From positions 1,024,001 through 1,088,000 of the forward strand of contig OZ253555.1 of assembly GCA_965262725.1 (NCBI GenBank): a DNA stretch of 64,000 nucleotides, written 5' to 3'. Shown in pieces: positions 28,050 through 36,428 of this stretch. The stretch's first letter is position 1. Every line of letters starts with the position of its first letter. Under the pieces are notes generated by a model. It searched no databases, was not told where the DNA came from, and worked only from the letters and a program-made list of their open reading frames with translations. This DNA comes from Dehalococcoidia bacterium (GTDB lineage Bacteria > Chloroflexota > Dehalococcoidia > UBA2979). Made by a program: the position numbers and the translations under genes.

Positions 28050-28715
28050 GTGACTGCAGATAGGGACGACGCCCCGGGCCACGGCGGCCGATCGGCGTTG
28101 CTGCCCACGACGCCGGAGCTGATCGGGCGCCTGCGCGAGGCACTCGATGAGGCTCACGGCGCATGGCAGGTGGATGGCAATGCGACGCACGCCGTGAAAC
28201 TCCGTGCCTGGAAGCTGGGGCTCGACCTCGGCGTTCCTGGCCTTTTTCCCTTCGCGAACAGACTCGGCCGCGAAGCAGCGGTGTACGCGGAGAACGCACT
28301 CGGCGCGAGATCGGCGCACCTGTGGCCGAAGCACGAAGAGCAGTCGCCTCTTCACGAGTCTCTCTTCGACGTGGCGTGGGCGCAGTTCGACGGCGAGTCC
28401 ACCGACTACGTGGACGATCGCTGGGCGGCCGACCACGTGCCTTCCTTCACGCGCTTGGTGCTGGCCCTCGAGAGTGAGCTCGCGTACAGCGCGCCCAGGT
28501 GGCACGTTCTCTCCGACTTCCACAAGCTGCTGTGCGCCCGGGCCGAGCTTCGCGCGATCGTGTGGGCCCGGGACCGCGTTCCCGAGGGCCGGGAGCTGCT
28601 GGAGGCACGGCTTCAGGCGGCCGACGGCGGCTCCGAGGGTTGGTGGCTGTTCGCCGGCTGGGGCGCGGGGGGGTTCGAGTACAGCACGTACTGCGACGGT
28701 ACGAGGCAGGGATAG
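28050..28715 (+). CDS. putative PD-(D/E)xK nuclease-fold protein
   Basis: ESLFDVAW...LVLALESE...DFHKLL pattern; GGAGG before GTG 28,050. Confidence 0.6.
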   Translation: MTADRDDAPGHGGRSALLPTTPELIGRLREALDEAHGAWQVDGNATHAVKLRAWKLGLDLGVPGLFPFANRLGREAAVYAENALGARSAHLWPKHEEQSPLHESLFDVAWAQFDGESTDYVDDRWAADHVPSFTRLVLALESELAYSAPRWHVLSDFHKLLCARAELRAIVWARDRVPEGRELLEARLQAADGGSEGWWLFAGWGAGGFEYSTYCDGTRQG

Positions 28716-29023
28716 GCGAGCGTGACGAGCGGCTCCCGAGTCGAAATGGCACCGTCCGGCGGGCATTGACCGCCACGTCGGCGGGGTGCCTCGGCGTCGC
28801 AAGCGGTCATCGCCGACGATCGCAACTCGGCCTCGCCATCTGCAAGGGGGGCCTGACGGTGACGCCCGCCATTGCCCGAGGCTTCTACGTCAACTACGAC
28901 CCGCCGACGCAGGCCAACATGATCCACCGCGCGGCGTGCCGTCACGTGGCGGGCGAAGTCGGCTTAGCGGCCTGCTAGACTGCTGGCCGCGCGAGAATCG
29001 CCGCAAAGCTGTGGAGTGCACCG

Positions 29024-29959
29024 ATGGCCAAGAACACTAAGAAGACTTGTTTCGTAATCGCACCCATTGACGAGCCAGAATCAGAGGTCCGGGTGCGGTC
29101 TGACCAAATCCTGAACCACGTGATCAGACCAGCAGTGGAGCAGTGTGGCTACGGCAAGCCTGTCCGCGCCGACGAGATCGACGAGCCTGGGAATATCACA
29201 AGCCAAGTCATTCAGCACGTCACCGAGGACGATCTAGTCGTAGCAGACTTGACGGGCCGCAACCCAAATGTGTTTTACGAACTTGCAATTCGACATGCGA
29301 TTAGAAGGCCATTCGTCCAGATCGCTGAGGCGGGTGAGCGAATCCCATTCGATGTCTATGGGCAGAGGACGATCTTTATTGACCATACGAATCTGGACAA
29401 CGTTGCTGAGGCGATAGCGTCGATCGTAGAACAGATCAAGTCCTTCGAGGAGAAGGATGCACAAGTCGAAACACCGATTTCGATGTCATTGGATCTTCAG
29501 AATCTTCGGCAAAGTGGCAATCCAGAACAAAGGTCACTAGCTGATATTCTATCGGAGTTATCCAGCATTAGGAATGCCCTCTCTGGAATGGACATACAAA
29601 GGCTCGAAGCGCATCTTGCGATAATTCAGGAAGAATTAAACATGTCGCGGAGGAGAAGCCACCGCCACCCAGGTCCGCCCCCGTCAAGCATTATCGAAAT
29701 GGTTCGCTCTCGCCACGGGACAGGCATCAACATCTTGCCCATCGCTCTAAGCTTCGTGCGCGATGAGGCTCCGTGGCTATACGAAGTGGGCATGGAGGCA
29801 TACCGACATCACGCGTCGGGCAATACTCGCCGGGCTCAAGAGCTAACGATGAGGTTGCAGGAACTAATGGAGATGACGGGTGAGCTCTCGCACCTGAGTA
29901 GGCAGAGCCACGATGCGTTGAATATCTTGCGAATCGTTGTCCATGAGGTAGTCACGTGA
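29024..29959 (+). CDS. nucleoside 2-deoxyribosyltransferase-like (NDT) domain protein with helical C-terminal extension
   Basis: CFVIAPI, RADE, DLVVADLTGRNPNVFYELAIRHA, IPFD; visibly more AT-rich than the flanks. Confidence 0.82.
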   Translation: MAKNTKKTCFVIAPIDEPESEVRVRSDQILNHVIRPAVEQCGYGKPVRADEIDEPGNITSQVIQHVTEDDLVVADLTGRNPNVFYELAIRHAIRRPFVQIAEAGERIPFDVYGQRTIFIDHTNLDNVAEAIASIVEQIKSFEEKDAQVETPISMSLDLQNLRQSGNPEQRSLADILSELSSIRNALSGMDIQRLEAHLAIIQEELNMSRRRSHRHPGPPPSSIIEMVRSRHGTGINILPIALSFVRDEAPWLYEVGMEAYRHHASGNTRRAQELTMRLQELMEMTGELSHLSRQSHDALNILRIVVHEVVT

Positions 29960-30178
29960 GGTAGCCCTCGCCACTGGCAAGGAGAATGCCCCTCACGAGC
30001 CCTCGCATGACCGCCGCCTCCATGGGACCCGTGTTGTACTACGAGCAACGACGTCGCTGCTGCCTGGCTGGCAGTCCAGCGCTGGCTGAACTCGGCCGAG
30101 GAGCCCGCGTCGCATTCCCTCTCGGATGGCGTTCCCGAGGCGTCTGTGATGCTAGCGGTGGAGTCGGCGGCAGGCAAA

Positions 30179-31036
30179 CTACCAGTTGATGGCGTTGGAT
30201 GATTGGGAGTCCGGTAATTTCATCCATCGCGGCGTGATGAGAAGCTCTCGCCCGTTTCGTCGCCTACCGGCGGAGTAACGAAGCGAGAATGGCCGAACGC
30301 TTGCCCAGTCTGCGTACATGGCTCGCACTTGCGGGCAGTCGTCATATGTAAGAACCCAAGCGGTCTCCGACATAGAGCACAGGCGCTTCGCGATCGTAGC
30401 ATGATAGTCGGGATCGATAGCGTTCAGATATAGTGTTTCTCCCTTTTGGAAGTACGGTGGGTCGATAAAGAAAAACGTCGAGACAGGGTCAAGGCGATCG
30501 AACAGTTTGAGTGCATCAATGCCTGAGACTTCGATTCTCGTGCGATAGTCCGAGAGTCTCCTAAGCCGCGATAGAAGGCCTGACTTGTTGAAACGCGCAC
30601 CCACCTGCCACGCTCCGGCCTGGTCGCGCCCGCCTATTACGCTGCCGTCAGGAATGATCCCGGAACGGTTGCATCGGTTGAGGTAGAACGTCGCGAAGCC
30701 CCGCTCCAATCGGGAGACACGCCCCGTCGACCGGTAAATGTCGCGTTGCCGACTCCACTCCTCCAGACTCACCGGCGTATCCATTAGTTTCTGCATGAAC
30801 GGCACAGCTCGGTGCGTTGCTGACCACCAAAAGTCGTAGATCGACTGATCGGCGTCGTTGATCTGGATTGAATGTGTTTCTTCGAGGTAGAGCAGCGTGA
30901 GGGAGGCGCCCGCGCCGCCGCCGAACGGTTCAGCCATCACGTGTGCATTGAGCCCGTTGAGGTGTCTGATCTGTCGGAGGAGGTTGGTCATCGCCGCCTT
31001 GCCGCCGGGATATCTGAGCGGACTGGCATATCTCAT
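30179..31036 (-). CDS. Dam-like (D12 class) N6-adenine DNA methyltransferase
   Basis: SPLRYPGGK, EPFGGG, IND, FYLNR, IDPPY. Confidence 0.93.
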   Translation of the reverse strand: MRYASPLRYPGGKAAMTNLLRQIRHLNGLNAHVMAEPFGGGAGASLTLLYLEETHSIQINDADQSIYDFWWSATHRAVPFMQKLMDTPVSLEEWSRQRDIYRSTGRVSRLERGFATFYLNRCNRSGIIPDGSVIGGRDQAGAWQVGARFNKSGLLSRLRRLSDYRTRIEVSGIDALKLFDRLDPVSTFFFIDPPYFQKGETLYLNAIDPDYHATIAKRLCSMSETAWVLTYDDCPQVRAMYADWASVRPFSLRYSAGRRRNGRELLITPRWMKLPDSQSSNAINW

Positions 31037-32469
31037 TCCCTAGGGCCGTCTCGATGCGGCCTCTCGAGCATGAGGCGGAAGAGGGGTTCCGCGCGTGTCC
31101 AGAACGCGAGTAGGTCATCGGGCGTTGGAAGCTCGGAGGGACGGTGGACGAAAGCGTTCAGGTCATCGAGCCAGCCTTGGCGCAGTGCCCGCCTGACGCT
31201 CTCCGCTTCGCCAGGCTCCAAGCGCTCGGTTGCGATCCGCTGCACCTCCTTGATGAGTTGGTGCATTGTCGGTTGACCATGGCGCGGCAGGGCCTCCTTG
31301 GATTGCAGGCGCTCAACGATGGAGGGCATTTCGCCGGTGCGCTCTAGGTAGTCACGCACCATGAGTTCGAAGAAAACGCGAAGTAGGACCGCGCCGGCGT
31401 TCGGGAACTTGTCCCGGCGTAACTCCACTAACTCCTTGCGAATGGCGATGAGTCGCGTACTGCCGAACTTGACGGCTAGGTTCTTGGGGAGCACGTACGG
31501 GTTGATCTGGCGCGAGCGCGGCGGCGGGGGCGGTGACGGGTCAGGGTCGGACGGCGGAACGCCTGAAATGACCTCGGCGATCGCGAAGGAGCCGCGTCTC
31601 TTGGCAACACGTTCGTCCGGGCTCCAGCTGTCGAAGTACCGTTGAATGTCCTCGTGCTTGTTCAAACTGCGCGAGTCCTGCTTCTCGCGCAGCACGTCGG
31701 TCACCAATCGTGTAACGCCACGGAGGAAGTCGGCCTTCGCTGTCGTAACGCGAAAGACTTGGTCCGCGTTGCGTTCGACATGCAGTGCTTCTCGACCCGG
31801 CGGCGAATCGAAGACACGGTGCAGTGTTGTCAGCATCGCCGGGTCCGGACTATAGAGGCGACTCTTCAGATCAGTTGGGAGATCGAGCGACCTAGCCAGT
31901 CCGGCGATGGCCTTGAGCTCTCGTGCGTCTCGAAGGTCGGCAGCTGTGAACGTAAACGCTTCTTTGAGGGTCTTCTCGTCGTACCCTTCATCGAGTTTCG
32001 CGAGGATGAAGTTCGCCTTGTTCTCAGGACGCCACCTGCGGACGGATGCGCCGACGTGTCGGACGGCAATCTGCCTATCGGTGGACGCCCGGTCAGGGGC
32101 GACTGTAACCGGCACGACCCGGGGGGCTGCGAAAGGTCCGCTCGCGTGCAGTAGCCGCTCAACGACCCGCTTATATCGGCCCTCGAGAATGGCTGGCTCA
32201 AGCAGGGCCTTCAGCGCGGCCAGTCGTCGGTTGCCTTCGATAACGACGTGGCGGTTCTGCCTCTGCACTGCGAGAAGCGCCTCGTTTGGGAAGTAGCCGT
32301 TCCGCGCGATGCTCCGCGCGATATGGGCCGCATCTTCGTGGTCGAAGAGGTACTGCACGATGTCACGCTGCACCCTTTGGCTTGGGCCCTGACTAAGCCT
32401 CGGGTTGGTCTCATCGAGTTGCAAACTGGCAACTGTAAGGCGCCTCGTCGGCCACTCAGTGTCTGACAT
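31033..32469 (-). CDS. ParB/Srx-like N-terminal domain + C-terminal HEPN-like helical domain protein
   Basis: LD..NPRL, VVIEGNRRLAALKAL; C-terminal NAGAVLLRVFFE...LNAFVH; 4-bp overlap with the methylase. Confidence 0.8.
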   Translation of the reverse strand: MSDTEWPTRRLTVASLQLDETNPRLSQGPSQRVQRDIVQYLFDHEDAAHIARSIARNGYFPNEALLAVQRQNRHVVIEGNRRLAALKALLEPAILEGRYKRVVERLLHASGPFAAPRVVPVTVAPDRASTDRQIAVRHVGASVRRWRPENKANFILAKLDEGYDEKTLKEAFTFTAADLRDARELKAIAGLARSLDLPTDLKSRLYSPDPAMLTTLHRVFDSPPGREALHVERNADQVFRVTTAKADFLRGVTRLVTDVLREKQDSRSLNKHEDIQRYFDSWSPDERVAKRRGSFAIAEVISGVPPSDPDPSPPPPPRSRQINPYVLPKNLAVKFGSTRLIAIRKELVELRRDKFPNAGAVLLRVFFELMVRDYLERTGEMPSIVERLQSKEALPRHGQPTMHQLIKEVQRIATERLEPGEAESVRRALRQGWLDDLNAFVHRPSELPTPDDLLAFWTRAEPLFRLMLERPHRDGPRE

Positions 32470-32559
32470 CGGACCCCCTCACGGTCGCTCGGTCGCACTA
32501 GGCACCACAACATCGGCGACGCCAAGCATAGAAGCACGTCCTCGAAGGTCAAAGAGGCT

Positions 32560-33094
32560 GCGTATGGTGAGGCTTGGAGCTTGGTCACATACCACGGCGA
32601 CACGTATCGCGGCCAGCACGAGCCGATCGTGACCGAGCAGCGCTACCAGCAAGTGCAGGCGCGGCTCAGGACCCTCGATGACCAGATACGCGCCGCCACA
32701 GAGGCGTGCGTGTGCACCTTCGTACGAAGAGGCGGCGACGCTGTTTGCAGATATGCCGGGGCTGTGGAAGAGGGCAGACCGCGCCGAACAACGGCGGCTG
32801 CTCCGACCGCTGATCGAGCGCGCCTACCTGGATATCGACTCAGGTCTCAGCGGCGGGATCACGCCGACGCCGGGATTCGGAGTACTCCTCGATCACGCGC
32901 TCGAGCGCGCCGAGTCGTCGCGAATCGTGATCCTCACGTCCCAGGAGACACGCGAGAATACGTCGCGGTTAGGGATGGTGGAGACGGGGGAGGGCTCAAC
33001 TCCCGTATCCCTACGTGTCGTCTTCGTCCGCCCCCACTTGCTTCGGCCAAGCTGGGCCGCGTGTGGACTAGCGTGGAGGTCCAACGTGGCGTAG
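32560..33094 (+). pseudogene. collapsed large serine recombinase relic ending in an ssrA-3'-like att motif
   Basis: YRGQHEPIV...YQQVQARL (recombinase domain) followed by a C-terminal fragment ending LGMVETGEG. Confidence 0.75.
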
Positions 33095-33206
33095 GGCCGG
33101 CTGCCTGCGGCCTTTCACGGGTGAGGGGTGATTCGTGCGAGGGCTTTGCGGGGGGTCGGCCCGCTCCCATGCTATGGCGCCCCGGGAGCAGCGAGCGTGT
33201 CGCTCG

Positions 33207-33606
33207 TCAACCTGCCCGCGGCTCGGCCGCAGTTGCCACCCACAAGTACGCCGCGATCTGTAGTACGAGCGCCGCATCTGCCTTCTGAGCCCAACGAACC
33301 TGCCCGTGAAGGTATCGGTTTCGGAGGTTCAGACCAGTGGATTCAGTCAGCACCACGAGCATAGGCTGCTGCCATCGATTCGGAAGCAACTGCTCAGGGA
33401 TCTCGCGGGTGATCGCTGCCAGCATCTTCTCGTGGCCGTCGCGCCCGGGCCGAGGGTCGTTGTAGACGACTCCGCCGGCCGCCCTCGATGCGCGACAGAG
33501 CGACTTGGATCGCTCGTTCGATGCGGTCGTTCCAGTAGTCAACGAGAGCCCCCGCGAACGCGTCAGCTACCCACGGCTGGCGGAACCCGCCCGCGAACGA
33601 GTTCAA
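33207..33606 (-). pseudogene. DUF4209-like (HEPN-type) C-terminal relic, truncated by an IS21 end
   Basis: LTESTGLNLRNRYLHG (RN...HG); frameshifted upstream part. Confidence 0.6.
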
Positions 33607-34290
33607 TGTCGTTAACCAGGACCTATGGCCCACCCGTCATCACGACCTTTGGCCCACCCCGTTCGAGGCCCCTGACCGCCCTGGCCGGTACAGCGGCGTG
33701 GTATCAGCGTACGTCTGTCGAGTCAATCGCCTCCTCCCCTGCGGTCCCCGCGAGCAGGGACCGGTGCGGGGAGAGTCGCTGGCGGTAGCTCTCCCCCTCG
33801 ATGACGATCTGGTAGGCGGCGTTGGCGAGCCGGTCGAGGGCGCTGTTGCCCAGGCTCGGGTCGTCGAAGAGTCCCAGCCACTCGTCGACGCCGCGGTTGG
33901 AGGTCACCACCAGGCTCGACCGCCGGTGGCGACCGACCACCAGTTCGTAGAAGTCGATCGACTGCTGCGCGGTGAGGCGATGGAGCCCCAGGTCGTCGAT
34001 GATCACCAGGTCGGGCGCGAGGAAACTCTTGCCGACGCCGACCGGGCCGACCAGCAGCACGTGCTCGCGGCGGTCGAGAAACTGCAGCGAGAAGGCGGCG
34101 TCGAGCAGCCGGCGGTCGAGCCGGACCTGCGCCGACCAGTCGAAGTCCTCGAGGCGGCAGCGCTCGTCGAAGCCGGCCTGGTGGAGGCGCAGCTCGAGGC
34201 GGCCGTGGTCGCGCCGGCTGACCTCGTCAGAGAGCAGGATGTGCAGGAAGTCGCCGTAGTCGAGCTTCAGGCTCCACCAGCGGGTTGACT
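33607..34290 (-). mobile_element. IS21-family relic: terminal IR plus internally deleted istB
   Basis: End TGTCGTT... with two TGGCCCACCC repeats; GPVGVGKSFLA abuts PDLVIIDDLG (Walker A-B spacer missing); LDRL, GESYR. Confidence 0.8.
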
Positions 34291-34439
34291 CGCTCCTTGC
34301 GAGCCGTCGTCTGTCGCGGCAAGGTGACACGCTGCTCGCTTCGGACGACGACCTGACGTGTCCCGTGACCGACACCGATGCTTCCTAGCCCGGGCACCCA
34401 CTCTGCAGGAGTAGGTGCGCAAGAACCCGGAGATCCTAG

Positions 34440-34650
34440 GCGACGGCGTCGGGACGAGGCCAAAGGCCACGATCGGTTCTGGGACGAGGCCGCCCGGAGC
34501 CTCGCCGCGAGCCGCCTGCGTCTCCTCTTCGTCGCGGACGAGATCCCGGAGCCGCTCAAGCGCGTCGCCGAATTCCTGAACGCTCAGATACCCGGTATCG
34601 AGGTCTTCGCCGTCGAGGTGAAGCGGTTCCGGGGCGAAGGGGCAGGTGCT
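34440..34650 (+). pseudogene. relic of a hypothetical nuclease-fold protein
   Basis: FW...L...RLRLLFVADEIP..LKRVAEFLNAQ...EVFAVEVKRF internal fragment only. Confidence 0.5.
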
Positions 34651-34670
34651 TGTTCCGCGCGTCTTCGGAA

Positions 34671-34814
34671 GGTCCAAACGGTCCAGCAATGGTCCAGAAT
34701 CGGTCCAGTCCGCGTGAGCGGCTACTGCGATCGGTCGTCGCCTCAGCCGGCGGGATCCGTCAGGAAACAGCAGATTCGATCAGGTTTGCACGCCGTTTGG
34801 ACCAAATCTGGACC
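34671..34814. repeat. divergent phased TGGACC arrays
   Basis: GGTCCA at 34,671/34,680/34,691/34,702; TGGACC at 34,798/34,809. Confidence 0.75.
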
Positions 34815-35204
34815 GAAATTGCCCACGCATCATTGTGATCTGGGTCTTGTCGTGAGCGAGTGAAGCCACACCGCATCGTCGATTCCTCGACTGCTCGCCT
34901 CACTCTAACGACTCGCGCTGGTGGAGGTTCTCTCACGGGCATGTCGTCACGAGTGCGCTCGATCGGTACCCATCTACGATCCCCAGTCGCGAGTCCCGCA
35001 ATCACTGGCGAAGCGAGTGGATCGGGTGCATCGACGATTCCCTGTGTCCGGGAGGCTTCATGACGATCCTCGAGGCCCGTTGGCGAACACGTTGCTTCGG
35101 ACGGTGTTGCGGGAGACGTGTGGCATCGGGCAGTCGATCGGCCTTGCAACTCCAACCGCCCTCGTCGAATGTTCTCGGGCACGGTCTCCAGGAAGGTTCC
35201 CTAC

Positions 35205-36428
35205 ATGCCGCCGGCCGTTCTCGCGTGGCTCGACTATTCCGAGGGTGACCAGCGTCGGGCCCGGGAGATCGTCGCGATGTTCTCGCAGCACGAGAGTCGC
35301 GACGAACTGGGACTCGGCCGGATTCGGGACGCGCTGAGCGACACGCTCTTCCCGGGAACCTCCGTACTGCTCACCCGCGCCCGGTATCTCCTCTTCGTGC
35401 CCTGGCTGTTCCGCGAGGGGGCGCGGCGCGGTTACCGTGGCCCGGAGCTCGCTTCGTGGGTCGACGGGCAGGAGCGGCGTCTCATCGGCGCGCTGCGCAA
35501 CGGCGGCGATCTCGAGGGGCTGATCGGCCGCAACGTGGGAGCTGCCGTCCGGATCCTCCCCTCCACCATCTACTGGCCCAGCCTCAGGCGCCTCGGCATT
35601 CTGCGGCACGAGGGAACGGCGGCCCAGGTGGTGGGTCTCCGCCAGATCTCGCGCCCGCTGGACGACGCAACCGAGTTCCTCGAACGCTCCGACGCGGTCT
35701 GGGCGCCCTCGATTCCCGCGCCCCCGGGCGACTTCGCCAGCCTCACGCGCTGTGACTTTGCCCTCACGCGCGACGAGGCGACGTGGCTTGCGGAGCGGAT
35801 CGTCGCGGCCGTGCCCCGAACCCTGCTCGAGTTCCTGGTGTCCGGCGGGCACCGTCCCTCGGCCGGCGCCGCGTACGTCTGGGAGGATCCCGAGGCCGAT
35901 GCGGCGACGGGACGCGTCCGCGCCGCGCTCGACGAGGCTCGCCGCTTCGCCGTCGCGATGCACGGGGCGGCGCTTCTCTACAACGTGCTCCTGGCCGAGC
36001 GTGCCGAAGAAGTCGGTCTCTCCCGGTACGAGGGCCGCCGGGACCACTTCACCGCCAGGCTTGACGAGTGGCGTCGCGAGATGGAGGCGAGCGACGTGGG
36101 AGGCTGGAACCTGGACCGGCTGTGGACGCTGGTCGCCGAGCAGGGGAGGCCGGCTGCCCAGCGGACGCGCGCCTTCGTATCGGACTGGGTCGCCCTGGCG
36201 CTGGGTCGGAGCGGCCATGGGCTCGCGGACGATCCAGGCGCGCGAGCACTGGTCCAGAACCGGGAGCTCCATCAGAAGGGGAGCCAGGCGCGGCTCCGCA
36301 ACGACAGGCTCATGCGGCAGTGGGGGGGCGCCTCCGGCTCCGACCGCTTCACTTTCCGCTGGCCCACCGTCACGGGCCTTCTCGACGACATCGCCGACGG
36401 GCGGGAGCGCGGCCATGCTCGCGCCTGA
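35205..36428 (+). CDS. DUF6361-like protein, gene 1 of an Azaca-like operon
   Basis: WLDYS, RDELGLGRIRD.LSD.LFPGTS...TRARY..FVPW, PSTIYW..L. Confidence 0.75.
   Translation: MPPAVLAWLDYSEGDQRRAREIVAMFSQHESRDELGLGRIRDALSDTLFPGTSVLLTRARYLLFVPWLFREGARRGYRGPELASWVDGQERRLIGALRNGGDLEGLIGRNVGAAVRILPSTIYWPSLRRLGILRHEGTAAQVVGLRQISRPLDDATEFLERSDAVWAPSIPAPPGDFASLTRCDFALTRDEATWLAERIVAAVPRTLLEFLVSGGHRPSAGAAYVWEDPEADAATGRVRAALDEARRFAVAMHGAALLYNVLLAERAEEVGLSRYEGRRDHFTARLDEWRREMEASDVGGWNLDRLWTLVAEQGRPAAQRTRAFVSDWVALALGRSGHGLADDPGARALVQNRELHQKGSQARLRNDRLMRQWGGASGSDRFTFRWPTVTGLLDDIADGRERGHARA

Noticed and set aside
32970-33006. Functional tmRNA or tRNA gene
   Set aside because: Only a short 3'-end-like motif with a degenerate T-arm; treated as an att relic
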